From positions 33,646-97,645 of the IMG/VR virus record IMGVR_UViG_3300028030_000005: 64,000 bases of DNA; one strand, 5' to 3'. Within the stretch, counting starts at the first letter, position 1; each line of letters starts with the position of its first letter. Both the position numbers and the translations under genes were made by a program. The notes under the pieces were generated by a model. The model had not been told where the DNA came from, did not search any database, and was given only the letters and a program-made list of their open reading frames with translations. This DNA comes from a virus. This document shows, in pieces, positions 49,156 to 59,103 of this stretch.

Positions 49156-49610
49156 CTGTACATTATACTTCGGTAAATTTTTGTTTGGTCATCTTGTGAT
49201 AATTCGTGGTCAGTTAGCTTCTTTGCTCGTTTAATCGTTCGACACGATAGGTTCTCTCGTACATATATCAATCCAGCGTAATCTGGTACCTCGTTTTTGT
49301 CAACCATTCCTTCTGGTACGACATAGTAGAATTTGTATATCTTTCCTCGGTACCCATTCGTCATTCTACTGTGTTTTGGTTTCTTTCTATCTTGAAAGAA
49401 GTCAGACCTACTGATTTTCAACTCGTATTCAATCAGTTTATCTTGTTTAGTCACTACAAGGAAATCAATCTCGTGTTCTATCTGACTCGTTCGTAACGAT
49501 ACTATTTTCTGATGAAATTGGTATTGTATCATCGCTTTCTCCAATTGACGGGTAGAAAGCTTGACAAACTGACGCTTTAACTTGTTGTTCGATTTTGGTT
49601 TTTTGTTCAT
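49131..49610 (-). CDS. PD-(D/E)xK nuclease, MmcB-like
   Basis: EIDFL...EYELKISRSDF...FYYVVP...PDYAGLI. Confidence 0.75.
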   Translation of the reverse strand: MNKKPKSNNKLKRQFVKLSTRQLEKAMIQYQFHQKIVSLRTSQIEHEIDFLVVTKQDKLIEYELKISRSDFFQDRKKPKHSRMTNGYRGKIYKFYYVVPEGMVDKNEVPDYAGLIYVRENLSCRTIKRAKKLTDHELSQDDQTKIYRSIMYRWITQQLK

Positions 49611-49733
49611 TTGTTAATCTTTCAACTATATAATGGTCCCTCCACTCAATCTGACATTTGGTACCTACTTTTCTAAATTTCAATATCCATCCGTCGTATA
49701 GGTCACAATCTTGATATGTTGTCCATTGTGTTT

Positions 49734-50819
49734 TCATTTTTGTACATTTTCAACTCTTGCTTGTGCTTTTTCAACATTTCTCTTACGCTCACGTAATTTC
49801 ATCATTAGTCGTTGTTTTGTTGTCATAGCTTGTTTTTTGACGGTAGGTTCGGGTTCGTCCCACTTTTGTAATTCCAGGTTGGTGTCCCCTGTTTTATGTT
49901 GTTGTTTAATCTTATCCCAATTATATACCATTGAGCTCGGAAATACAACTTCATCTTGTTCGTCATCGGGACGTACAAACCCACTGTATTTTGCATAGTA
50001 GGAATTATGTAACCTACTTATAAGGAACCTGGGATTGATATTCATTCGAGCAGCCACCCTTGCTACGATGATGTCGTTGATTGTCAGTCCCTTCATCACT
50101 TCATCCTGAATGTGGTGGTTGATAGTGATTTCAAGTTGAGCTGTGATATTGTGGTCTATCTTGATTCGCTTGTCTTCTACTTCATCACGAATTGCTCGTA
50201 ATGTCTGAAGCATTAGTTGGTAGTCAGATTTGCTTTGAGTTTGTTCGTACTTATGTTTTCTGCTGGTGTACATATATACCAACTCCTCGAGACGTCCCTT
50301 CTTATGAGCTAACCTAATATCGTCGATTTTCTGTTGGAACCTACTTTGAGCTTTCTTTATTTCCTTGTGATGACGCTTCTTGAAATTGATTAAAGTGCTT
50401 ATAGGGACATCGTATCCCCATTCAACTGTGATAATCTTATGTACTTCCTCGTTGGTCAGCATTCGTCCGAATAATGCAACTATCTCAGCTTGTCTCTCGT
50501 CGAGTAAACCTATATTGAGTTGATTGACGAAGTTCGATTTTCTAATACCGAACGCTTTGTGTTTGAGATTGGTAGCTTTGTTGTGTATTATCTTTACTGC
50601 TCGTACACGTCTGTTGATTTCATCTTGTTCGTCTAATGGTAGGTGTGTGATTTGTTTTGCTATTTGTGCAATTGGACGAAATGGGTCTATCACTAAATTG
50701 TTATCACTCGTTTGTATCAGTCTTTCTGGATAATGTAGTGCAGGCATAGCCTGGTATTTCTGCCAAGCATCGTATGCAATTTTATCTTTTATTTGACTTT
50801 CATCAAGTAGGTTGCTCAT
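49734..50819 (-). CDS. Putative terminase small subunit / HTH DNA-binding protein
   Basis: HTH-like EIVALFGR-LTNEEVHKII and RLAHKKGRLEEL...LQTLRAIRDEVE resemble DUF2280-like small terminases; inference. Confidence 0.4.
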   Translation of the reverse strand: MSNLLDESQIKDKIAYDAWQKYQAMPALHYPERLIQTSDNNLVIDPFRPIAQIAKQITHLPLDEQDEINRRVRAVKIIHNKATNLKHKAFGIRKSNFVNQLNIGLLDERQAEIVALFGRMLTNEEVHKIITVEWGYDVPISTLINFKKRHHKEIKKAQSRFQQKIDDIRLAHKKGRLEELVYMYTSRKHKYEQTQSKSDYQLMLQTLRAIRDEVEDKRIKIDHNITAQLEITINHHIQDEVMKGLTINDIIVARVAARMNINPRFLISRLHNSYYAKYSGFVRPDDEQDEVVFPSSMVYNWDKIKQQHKTGDTNLELQKWDEPEPTVKKQAMTTKQRLMMKLRERKRNVEKAQARVENVQK

Positions 50820-50865
50820 AGGGTGTAGGGACTTAATATCACAAAGATAACAAAATTATATCTGA

Positions 50866-51138
50866 CTAACAACACTGTGATTCGTAGTGTTCACACTGTG
50901 ATATCAGATTGAATTGTACTTCAGGTTGAAATATCTGTTTTGTCTTATCACAATGTACAACTACTTCTCTGTCAGTATGATTTGTTGATTTTGTTAGATT
51001 TGATAAGTACTCTATCCAGTCCTGAAATGAGACTGTAACTCGTAGGTTACTACACACTAAACACAAGGAATCAGGACTAAATAGCCCTGATTCGATGAGT
51101 AATTTGTTTTGTTTTACTTGTTTTTTCTGTTTTGCCAT
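50866..51138 (-). CDS. Cys-containing hypothetical protein
   Basis: CLVC...HC...C. Confidence 0.5.
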   Translation of the reverse strand: MAKQKKQVKQNKLLIESGLFSPDSLCLVCSNLRVTVSFQDWIEYLSNLTKSTNHTDREVVVHCDKTKQIFQPEVQFNLISQCEHYESQCC

Positions 51139-51578
51139 TTTGAACTGAGTTTATATACTTCAGGATTTCCGTGTTGTTTTTGTAGCTCAGTACTTTTATC
51201 TGCTCCTGTTTGGAATGTTAAGTTTGATAAGTTGTTGTTCAATGTATCTCCATCGATGTGAAGTGAATACCAATTTTTATATGTTTTCTTTCGATATTTT
51301 TGTTGAACGGTTACTTTAAAATCCTCCCATCCTACGTAGAATGCCTTTAGTACTTCACGTGCTACTTGATATTTACGTCTTTTACCTCTACACGTTACTT
51401 CAAATGCGAGATATCCGGGTTTTGATTCCCATAGTCTCATTTGTTTTCCGTCGTGTTTTCTTTTTACATTACCTAAATTCGAAATCAGATAATCACCACA
51501 GTCACTTACTGGTCTGTAGATTTCGATTTGGTGTTGCGATTTTGTTAAGTCGGATTTGTTTTTTAATCTCGGTTTCAT
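51114..51578 (-). CDS. NUMOD4/HNH homing endonuclease-like protein
   Basis: YLISNLGNVK (NUMOD4), GYL, HIDGDTLNNNLSNL (HNH). Confidence 0.8.
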   Translation of the reverse strand: MKPRLKNKSDLTKSQHQIEIYRPVSDCGDYLISNLGNVKRKHDGKQMRLWESKPGYLAFEVTCRGKRRKYQVAREVLKAFYVGWEDFKVTVQQKYRKKTYKNWYSLHIDGDTLNNNLSNLTFQTGADKSTELQKQHGNPEVYKLSSKWQNRKNK

Positions 51579-51593
51579 AGTGTATAATTTTTA

Positions 51594-51640
51594 TTGATTT
51601 CTACACCATAAAGATACCCTACTTATATCTTTTATGCAAC
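51594..51640 (-). promoter_or_regulatory. Repeated phage promoter plus leader
   Basis: GTTGCATAAAAGATATAAGTAGGGTATCTTTATGGTGTAGAAATCAA. Confidence 0.85.
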
Positions 51641-51651
51641 GATTTTTGTAA

Positions 51652-52095
51652 TTATTTTTTCCAAATCAATCTATCAGCCAATAAAAGTTTGGTTATATTA
51701 TGAGCAGGCTGTATTTGTTTTGGAGAGTGTTCTTGTATATTGTTCTTACTAATCCTTTCTCCTTTACTATTTATTACAATAACTTCACAATCTTGCTCTA
51801 AGCTGAAAAACTGAACGCAGTTTGTTGAGAAGCTATCGTTCCTACTCAATCCCTCTATGTAAGACACTTCTGTTCCGTCAGTAAAATCCCAATGAATCGT
51901 TATTATTCGGTCACTTTGTGGCAACATCTCTCCGAGTAAGTCGATTTCTCCGTGTTCCGATATTTGGTCGAAGTGTTCGTTAACTAATTTCAGTAGTGCT
52001 GAGTGCTCGTCTTGTGCTTGTATTTCAATCACGTTGGTGTTTATTAAAAATCCGTATGTTTTCATTGTCTTAATGTTTTTCGTTCTTGTAGCCAA
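51652..52095 (-). CDS. Hypothetical protein
   Basis: ORF track; real start probably MKTYGF. Confidence 0.55.
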   Translation of the reverse strand: MATRTKNIKTMKTYGFLINTNVIEIQAQDEHSALLKLVNEHFDQISEHGEIDLLGEMLPQSDRIITIHWDFTDGTEVSYIEGLSRNDSFSTNCVQFFSLEQDCEVIVINSKGERISKNNIQEHSPKQIQPAHNITKLLLADRLIWKK

Positions 52096-52307
52096 ATGTC
52101 ATACTTACTGTCCTTATTTTCAAAATCTTTTTCAGACTCCGACATTATTTCATCCAACCATTCATCTGCTACATCGATAGGGTCTTTTCCGTTTTGCCAA
52201 TCGTCGTACCAGGTTTCTTTTAAAAAATTTCCTTTGTATCCTTTATTTTGACAAGTACTGACAAATACGTCGTACCACTCTTCATATGTTTCGTGTGTTG
52301 GTTTCAT
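52062..52307 (-). CDS. Hypothetical acidic/Trp-rich protein
   Basis: 81-aa ORF. Confidence 0.55.
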   Translation of the reverse strand: MKPTHETYEEWYDVFVSTCQNKGYKGNFLKETWYDDWQNGKDPIDVADEWLDEIMSESEKDFENKDSKYDIWLQERKTLRQ

Positions 52308-52422
52308 TTTTCTTTTGTTTTTTATAACATTCTTTACAAGCTAATTTTACAGGAGTGTCCCAGCCTCCAAAAGCTACTACCGTCTTTTTACAGGTATCAC
52401 ATCTTAATAAAGCCATATCTAA

Positions 52423-53121
52423 TTATTTTTGAAATACGTCATCATCTATCAACGATTGTAAATTTTGAATCAGTATGTATGATTTTTGTGGTCCAAATGA
52501 TTCAAATAACTCACGCGCTTTCATATTCATTTCGTCATCAATTTTCTTTTGCTCGTCTTGATTTATCATCATTTTATCACTCATCACTACTCCTCTTTTA
52601 TCAAGAAACGGCTTACAACAGTACTTTTGTGCAGTTCGTTTAGCTGCTTCATTGAGCTGTTCATCACTTAAAACCGGAGTTTGTTTGTTTTCTAACTTTG
52701 GTCCTAATGTGAATAATGTCACAACAACTCTTTTTCGCTCCTCTACTGGTCCAGCTACAAATAACTGTAAGTTGTGTTGTAGTGCTCTCATTCGTTCTGC
52801 AGTATAATTGTTCTTGAATATCACATATGCGACGTTATTGATGATGTCTATTGTATTACCAATTTTTTCTCCAGTTTGAGATACTACTTCATATTGTTTT
52901 CTGTTATATACAACTTCGTAAGGTAACTTGTCTGATGGAGCTATTTCGATGTTAATTACTTGTTCGTATTTGGTAGTCTCGATGTAGTGATGTGATATCA
53001 TCCAATTAAACTGTGGAATCTTGTCGTAAATCGCTGCTTTTTTGTAATCTGACGTCCACGTACTGTCTCCTATGTAGTAGTGCTTTTCTCCGTTATGTAC
53101 TTGATAAATTGTAAATTTCAT
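52423..53121 (-). CDS. Hypothetical protein
   Basis: 232-aa ORF. Confidence 0.6.
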   Translation of the reverse strand: MKFTIYQVHNGEKHYYIGDSTWTSDYKKAAIYDKIPQFNWMISHHYIETTKYEQVINIEIAPSDKLPYEVVYNRKQYEVVSQTGEKIGNTIDIINNVAYVIFKNNYTAERMRALQHNLQLFVAGPVEERKRVVVTLFTLGPKLENKQTPVLSDEQLNEAAKRTAQKYCCKPFLDKRGVVMSDKMMINQDEQKKIDDEMNMKARELFESFGPQKSYILIQNLQSLIDDDVFQK

Positions 53122-53124
53122 AAC

Positions 53125-53337
53125 TTATTTCTGATTAAGTTTAATATTTGCCTCTTTTACTATCACATTATATATCCCTATCAAAATTACGATGGCAAAA
53201 ATTCGTCCAGTAACTGTCCACTTCGGAATTATTTCATACCATTGAAAATTCCAACTAATGAAAGATATTACTAAATATAATATCAATAAGGTTCTGATGA
53301 GTAGTGTGATGATGAGTAGTGTTTTTCTGATTTCCAT
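53125..53337 (-). CDS. Small membrane protein
   Basis: Two TM helices. Confidence 0.55.
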   Translation of the reverse strand: MEIRKTLLIITLLIRTLLILYLVISFISWNFQWYEIIPKWTVTGRIFAIVILIGIYNVIVKEANIKLNQK

Positions 53338-53339
53338 AT

Positions 53340-53597
53340 TTAGTCAATTAATTCGTCCATATTTACATTTGCTTGCTCAAATAGATGAGATATTCTTTCA
53401 AATACTCTTTCTACTGTTTCTGGGTCATTTCTTTCGTCGTGCAACATTTGCTTCTTAACATTAAATTGCAAGTCGAAAAGTACGTTTGCCATATCATTGG
53501 CTTTTACTTGACGCTTTAGGTCTTTGTATTCTTTTTCGTCGAATTCCAGTGTTAGAGTTGTTTTCATTCGGTTTATTTTTAATATTACACTCATCAC
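53340..53597 (-). CDS. Hypothetical phage protein
   Basis: MKTTLTLEFD...KANDMA pattern. Confidence 0.55.
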   Translation of the reverse strand: MMSVILKINRMKTTLTLEFDEKEYKDLKRQVKANDMANVLFDLQFNVKKQMLHDERNDPETVERVFERISHLFEQANVNMDELID

Positions 53598-53626
53598 AAG
53601 GAATAAGTTGATTCATTCCTGATGTA

Positions 53627-53956
53627 TCAATATAGTGACATTGTAAATTGTTGGTTGTGTAGGGACATCTCATTTTGTAAGAATTTTTGTAGCCACTTTG
53701 GCAGTTCTACATATCCTAAAGTTGTGCTAAATCCACTAACAATCGTACCGAATCCAGAATCAATCACTTCGATTTTCAATCCTCTGTACGAAGTTAACTT
53801 CATCTCTACTTCCTTATCTTTATGTATCAGCGGAACATCTAAATTATTGATAAAAATCTTTTTTACCCGCTCGTTCGGAAATAATATTACTTCCGGAGTT
53901 TTACCCAATTGATGGAGTAGATTTATTTGCTCGTCGATGTATTTTGCTATATTCAT
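53627..53956 (-). CDS. Hypothetical protein
   Basis: 109-aa ORF with coupled overlap. Confidence 0.55.
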   Translation of the reverse strand: MNIAKYIDEQINLLHQLGKTPEVILFPNERVKKIFINNLDVPLIHKDKEVEMKLTSYRGLKIEVIDSGFGTIVSGFSTTLGYVELPKWLQKFLQNEMSLHNQQFTMSLY

Positions 53957-54312
53957 TTCAAATCTATTTTAAATGTTAGTATATCAGTATGGTTTTGCAA
54001 CTGCTTCAAGTTGTTGATGAACACAACTGCTGTGTCACGATTCACTGAAATCACACTATATCCAGTATAAATAGACAAAAATTCTATGTTTTGAATCTTT
54101 TCGTGTTTAAAGTGGATTATCACTTTTTGTTCGTTCAAATATACAGCTACTCGATTGTTTTTTGATTCTGCATAATCTAATCCTATCGACTGTGTCCAAG
54201 GGTCATTATCGATTTTTATCAGGTTATCTTGACTGTCATATTGGAGTCGGATACTGTATCCAAACAACCAACGAAGTATTCGTTTTATCATTATTTTAAT
54301 ATTTATATTCAT
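53953..54312 (-). CDS. Hypothetical protein
   Basis: 119-aa ORF. Confidence 0.55.
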   Translation of the reverse strand: MNINIKIMIKRILRWLFGYSIRLQYDSQDNLIKIDNDPWTQSIGLDYAESKNNRVAVYLNEQKVIIHFKHEKIQNIEFLSIYTGYSVISVNRDTAVVFINNLKQLQNHTDILTFKIDLK

Positions 54313-54631
54313 CTGAGTAAGGAATTACCCTACGCTTTGTTTTAATATGTAAATCTAATTCTAATCTATCACAAGTATTTAGTTGTGCTTGTGTAGGATG
54401 TTTTTCACTAATATATGCTACGTGATATATTGTACTTCCTACTAAAATCCATCCTAATTGTGATAATACGTCCTCAGGATATTTGACTTGTGGATGTATT
54501 CTATGAGCTATTTCATAATGAACGCTCGTTATGTCAGTTAAATCAGTATTGGACGGTAGTTTGTGGATTTTTCCTTGTCTATCAATCCAATACTGATTTT
54601 CTAATCTCCAACTATCGTAATTTATATTCAC
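54296..54631 (-). CDS. Hypothetical phage protein
   Basis: WIDRQG...H...LGWI...PTQAQL motif. Confidence 0.6.
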   Translation of the reverse strand: MNINYDSWRLENQYWIDRQGKIHKLPSNTDLTDITSVHYEIAHRIHPQVKYPEDVLSQLGWILVGSTIYHVAYISEKHPTQAQLNTCDRLELDLHIKTKRRVIPYSDEYKY

Positions 54632-55124
54632 AACTCATCGGGTCTAAAACTCCGTATTTATTTGTTTTTGTACGTGACGGGTCTGGCCATCCAAATTTAC
54701 AATATCCGTCTTTGACCCACCATTCTCCTGTCGTTCCGTCCGTAAAGTGTGCTGTTTTGACTACCGTACTTCCTAAGACATCTGTAAGATACAATATGTG
54801 CTCTCTTTGCTTGAACTTCCAATATTCCATATCTTGTTGATGAAATTCCTCCCAACTATCGTGAGTATTCATCATTTTCAATTTAATGCCTACTTGTTCA
54901 AGTATCTGTGCTTGTTGAAATGTTAAATATAAATATTCAACTCTCGCATCAGGAATTCCACTACCTTCAACCGATATCACTTCCCATCCATTAAACGAAA
55001 ATACTGTTTTGCGGTCTAACACTTTACCAGTATTCGAAACTCGTGATGGTTTAGTTTCTCTTTTTAACTTGTCATTTTGAAACAAACAAGTCGGAAATTC
55101 TAAAATTTGAAAACGTGCTTTCAT
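54612..55124 (-). CDS. Hypothetical early protein
   Basis: First gene after promoter copy 55138-55184. Confidence 0.6.
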   Translation of the reverse strand: MKARFQILEFPTCLFQNDKLKRETKPSRVSNTGKVLDRKTVFSFNGWEVISVEGSGIPDARVEYLYLTFQQAQILEQVGIKLKMMNTHDSWEEFHQQDMEYWKFKQREHILYLTDVLGSTVVKTAHFTDGTTGEWWVKDGYCKFGWPDPSRTKTNKYGVLDPMSCEYKLR

Positions 55125-55137
55125 ATCTTTTTGGTTT

Positions 55138-55184
55138 TTGATTTCTACACCATAAAGATACTACATAGTTATCTTTTAGACAAC
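55138..55184 (-). promoter_or_regulatory. Repeated phage promoter plus leader
   Basis: GTTGTCTAAAAGATAACTATGTAGTATCTTTATGGTGTAGAAATCAA. Confidence 0.85.
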
Positions 55185-55207
55185 GATTTTTACAAAAATT
55201 TTAAGAT

Positions 55208-56689
55208 TTATGCATATAAAATTGCTTTTCGTCCTAATTCCGGGTCAATTATTATAACCTGAGATTCGACTTGTCTGCCCATATATCCTTGTCCTTTGTG
55301 CCACCAATCATCAACATCACTCAAAGATGACAATCCTATTCGTTGTACATTTCCGTTTAAATCTCGAGTACTTCCGACGTGTTCGTGTCCGTGAAATAGA
55401 ATGTATTTTTCTACATCCATCACATTAATTCCGTGTTGTTTTGCTTCTGCAAGTATTAATTGATGAATCTTGCCTTCGAGATTAGCTATCGAACGCATCT
55501 CATCTCCGTGAGTTGCTATCAAACATACTCTATCGTACTGAACATATGTTCTGTTATCGTAATTCGTCACCACACTAACTCTTTCATCGTCTCTGTAATA
55601 GATTTCCAAAAACGATTGAAGTGCTATCGATGTTTCGAAATCGTGATTTCCTTTAACTGGTAGTAGTGTAATTGGAGCTATTTGTTTGTAGAAGTCGATG
55701 ATGTCTATCTGAATTTGAATGTAGTTTTTCAGCTCTAATCTCCACAATCCATCAGTCGCTTCGTGTTGTGTAGTTCCTTTAGTTGTTGTATGATGTGTTC
55801 CGTCAACGTGAATATTATCATTTCCTACCATTAAAAAGAATCTTTCTGGACGTCCATATCGACTTGTTTCGCTTGCTAATCTTTCTGTGTGAGACTTGAT
55901 TCGTTTTATCGCGATTTGACGGTCGTACGTTATCTCTCCTCGATGATTGTAGCATAGTTTGAGATAATGCATATCTGATAGTCCGATAAACGCTGAAAAA
56001 CGATAATTTTTATCTGGTAATCGTAATTGCGCTGTCGATATCTGTCTTTCTCTAAGTTCGATTGTAAGTGCTTCGATTGATTCTAATAATGAATTTTCTA
56101 ATGTCCACCACTTATTTGCAGCATCAACTGTCTCTTTCCACTTTTGTCGTTGAGTTTGCTTGTAAACCTTTCTTTTTAGTGTTTGGATATTTTCCTCTAC
56201 TGCTTCATCGACTGTTTTACCTAATTCAAATTCAATATCTGTTTGTGGTGGACTCGCTTTACTAAACCCGTGAATTTTTGCATATTTGTACACAGCTTTG
56301 GTATGTGGAAAGTCAAATTCCATAGCCACTATTGCAGCTGTTTCTCCTTCTCCGTCGTGTACATATTTACGTTGGATTAGTTTATGTCTATCGAGTGAGC
56401 ATATGTAACTTCCGTACTCACCTAAATCAGTTACAATTGTCTTATCGGACCAATTGATGACGTAACCGTCTCTCATTTCCAATCCTGTTTTGATTGTAGT
56501 AGGTTCAGGTTTCTGACTTTCGAGTTTTTTCCATACACCCACCACCTTTCTAATGTAGTCTAATGTATGTTGTAGTTTATGTTGTTCTATCAGTAGTTGT
56601 GCGATTTTACGGTCGGATGTGTTGGGGTTTTCTTGTACTATCTTACTGATGTAGTCTGATAGTTGTTTCGCTTTATTTTCGTATTTCAT
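55208..56689 (-). CDS. Calcineurin-like metallophosphoesterase with N-terminal HTH
   Basis: SDMH, GND, GNHD, HGD, HGHEH; N-terminal SDRKIAQLL HTH-like. Confidence 0.82.
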   Translation of the reverse strand: MKYENKAKQLSDYISKIVQENPNTSDRKIAQLLIEQHKLQHTLDYIRKVVGVWKKLESQKPEPTTIKTGLEMRDGYVINWSDKTIVTDLGEYGSYICSLDRHKLIQRKYVHDGEGETAAIVAMEFDFPHTKAVYKYAKIHGFSKASPPQTDIEFELGKTVDEAVEENIQTLKRKVYKQTQRQKWKETVDAANKWWTLENSLLESIEALTIELRERQISTAQLRLPDKNYRFSAFIGLSDMHYLKLCYNHRGEITYDRQIAIKRIKSHTERLASETSRYGRPERFFLMVGNDNIHVDGTHHTTTKGTTQHEATDGLWRLELKNYIQIQIDIIDFYKQIAPITLLPVKGNHDFETSIALQSFLEIYYRDDERVSVVTNYDNRTYVQYDRVCLIATHGDEMRSIANLEGKIHQLILAEAKQHGINVMDVEKYILFHGHEHVGSTRDLNGNVQRIGLSSLSDVDDWWHKGQGYMGRQVESQVIIIDPELGRKAILYA

Positions 56690-56718
56690 TCTACTGAATA
56701 ATTTGACTGAATATCAGT

Positions 56719-56746
56719 AAAAAATGCGACTTAACAAAGCCGCATT
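56719..56746 (-). terminator. Rho-independent terminator
   Basis: aatgcg/cgcatt stem with T-tract. Confidence 0.55.
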
Positions 56747-56768
56747 CGATTGATTATCAGTAAGATAA

Positions 56769-56954
56769 CTAAGTCTTATCTCTTTTTACATCAAAATTTG
56801 ATATTGTTTTTGGTTTTGGATTATCGACATATTCTTTTATTGCCCTGGTTTTTAGTCGCTCGAATGCAATTTTTGCTTTCAATAACGACTGTTGCAATGC
56901 TTCATCTGAAGGTGTCTTTATATACCATAACTTACTTTCAATCTCATTACTCAT
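56769..56954 (-). CDS. Small hypothetical protein
   Basis: 61-aa ORF coupled to the helicase stop. Confidence 0.5.
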   Translation of the reverse strand: MSNEIESKLWYIKTPSDEALQQSLLKAKIAFERLKTRAIKEYVDNPKPKTISNFDVKRDKT

Positions 56955-58411
56955 CTCTTTGTTTTATTACTATTTATGTAAATCAATTTGTTTTTTGCAC
57001 GAGTAATTGCTACATATAATAAATTACGCTCTTGTTTGAGCTGGTCCTTTGTTGTTGCATATTTACTCGGAATCAGATTGACGTCGAGTATGAATACATT
57101 GTCTGCTTCCAGTCCCTTTGATTTGTGAATTGTACTTAATACTACACCTTTCTTTTCATTGTCTGAAAACAGTCTTTCTAAAAATGCAATCACTTGTCCG
57201 ACCGTAGCATATTGTTCTGCTATAAAAAATAGTACATCGATTTTGTCAGATAGATTTCCATACGAAGGATGATTGGTTACGTTGATTATTCCTCTGTCTT
57301 GTAATTCTTTTTGTTTATCTGATAATTTTGCAAATAAATATGTATTCATCTGTCCAACCGTAGTGTGTGGCGGTAGTGGTTTTATTAGTTTTATCAATCC
57401 CTTTCCTATGTCCTTTCCTTTAATAGTCGCTTTCATTCCATTCGCCAATAATTTAAAGTACACATCTACTAACGGACGAACATTCCTACATATTACCATA
57501 TCTCCTTCTTGAATCTCATTGATTTCTCCTACACGAACAATTCCAGGTGGATTTTTTTCAAATGGTTCCATAATGTTATAAACACGATTTGCTTTATCTA
57601 CAATTCGTGTTCCACATCGATAACAGATAGACAACGGCATTTGTTTCACATTCGGTTTTTCTAAGAATAAATCAAACGATTTGCTATGTGCACCAGCGAA
57701 TCCATATATTGATTGATATGGGTCTCCGACAGCAACAAATCTTGCTCGATTTTCGTTTATTAGTCTATCAATCAACTGATGTTGACAAGCATTAAGGTCC
57801 TGACATTCGTCGACAAATACTAACTTCGGTTGTAGCGCTAATCTAATTTGCCTATTCGTTGCTGGAATATAAATCATATCAGTGAAATCTATCATTTCAG
57901 GATTTTTATTATATTCATCTATCTCTCTCATCAAATCAATCGACTTGCTTATTTCATCATTGGAATATTCTACTCCAAGCTCATCAGCTACCTTACGTAA
58001 GTCGTCAGCATCCTGACATAGGGTCAATCTATATAAGTCGACAAGTTGATGTACTGTTGTCATTGTTCTAACATATTCGCTCGGCTCTATTTGCCAACCA
58101 AGTTTTTTAGCTAATTCCCACGGCTTATTTGCTTGCACTTTTATGTTACGACGAAAGTGTCGCAACAAAGATTTCATTCCAAGAGAATGTATTGTACTCA
58201 CTGTTACGTTCGGCTGACTTACCTTACTTTCGATTTCTTGTTGAATACTTTTGTTAAATGCTAAGAATGCTGTTGGTAAATATGTTCGTTTTAACAATTG
58301 TAAGAGCGTACTAGTTTTACCACTTCCTGCAACGGCACTTACTACCAGATTATGATTGGTAGTGTCAAATTCATCATATATTGCTTGTTGGTATTTACTC
58401 GGCTTGAACAT
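56951..58411 (-). CDS. UvrD/Rep-family SF1 helicase
   Basis: AVAGSGKT, VDECQD, VGDPYQSIYGF, CYRC, STIHKSKGLE, YVAITRAK. Confidence 0.95.
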   Translation of the reverse strand: MFKPSKYQQAIYDEFDTTNHNLVVSAVAGSGKTSTLLQLLKRTYLPTAFLAFNKSIQQEIESKVSQPNVTVSTIHSLGMKSLLRHFRRNIKVQANKPWELAKKLGWQIEPSEYVRTMTTVHQLVDLYRLTLCQDADDLRKVADELGVEYSNDEISKSIDLMREIDEYNKNPEMIDFTDMIYIPATNRQIRLALQPKLVFVDECQDLNACQHQLIDRLINENRARFVAVGDPYQSIYGFAGAHSKSFDLFLEKPNVKQMPLSICYRCGTRIVDKANRVYNIMEPFEKNPPGIVRVGEINEIQEGDMVICRNVRPLVDVYFKLLANGMKATIKGKDIGKGLIKLIKPLPPHTTVGQMNTYLFAKLSDKQKELQDRGIINVTNHPSYGNLSDKIDVLFFIAEQYATVGQVIAFLERLFSDNEKKGVVLSTIHKSKGLEADNVFILDVNLIPSKYATTKDQLKQERNLLYVAITRAKNKLIYINSNKTKR

Positions 58412-58643
58412 TGTTTCTGTCTTTTAAATAATTATTCATCAACTGATTCATTCTTATATCAATTTGTTTATCTATTTTTTCAATCAACTGTTGATTTTTA
58501 GTACTGATTGACAAAAACGAAAATTTTCCATCTTTTATCATTCCTCGAATAGGTTGATTTGTAATGATTCTAACTTTTAATGTTTGTAAATGAGTGATTT
58601 CACTATCACTCAAAATTAATTCGTTAAGTTGTTGTTGTGTCAT
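58395..58643 (-). CDS. Hypothetical protein
   Basis: 82-aa ORF. Confidence 0.5.
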   Translation of the reverse strand: MTQQQLNELILSDSEITHLQTLKVRIITNQPIRGMIKDGKFSFLSISTKNQQLIEKIDKQIDIRMNQLMNNYLKDRNNVQAE

Positions 58644-59103
58644 TTTTCTCGGTTTTTTGTAATCGTCCTTTGTTTGCTAATTCATCAGCAAGTTCATTGT
58701 ATTGATTCCCATTGTGCCCACGAACCCAATGTAAGTGAACAAACTCATCCATTCCGTGTTGTTGATATAATTGGTAAAATTGTGTCCATAAATCCATATT
58801 CGCTTTTTGTTGTCCTCGAGATATCCAATTGAACAGCCATTTCTTTTCTACTGTATTGACGACGTACTGATTATCAATGTGAATATGAATTTGATAACGT
58901 TTTCTTTTTTTAATCAATTTCAACGCTGTGATTAGTGCTAAAATTTCCATTCTTGCACTGGTGGTATTGATGTACTTACCGTCGTAATGAGTCTTTGTGT
59001 GAAGTTTTCCGGCTTTATCTTTATACATCATAACAACGCCAATTCCCCCGGTTTTTTTGCCGGTTCTATTATCTGCACTTCCGTCTGTATAAACTGTTAT
59101 CAT
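58624..59103 (-). CDS. rnhA: Ribonuclease HI
   Basis: YTDGS, RMEI, IDNQYV, N-x-DLW, WVRGH, NELADELA. Confidence 0.95.
   Translation of the reverse strand: MITVYTDGSADNRTGKKTGGIGVVMMYKDKAGKLHTKTHYDGKYINTTSARMEILALITALKLIKKRKRYQIHIHIDNQYVVNTVEKKWLFNWISRGQQKANMDLWTQFYQLYQQHGMDEFVHLHWVRGHNGNQYNELADELANKGRLQKTEKNDTTTT

Noticed and set aside
49465-49737. 90-aa minus-strand ORF as a full-length gene
   Set aside because: Overlaps the nuclease gene by 146 nt. It is coupled to the upstream stop, so it may be real, but support is too weak to list.
51114-51578. Intron-encoded homing endonuclease
   Set aside because: Free-standing behind its own promoter; no interrupted host gene on either side
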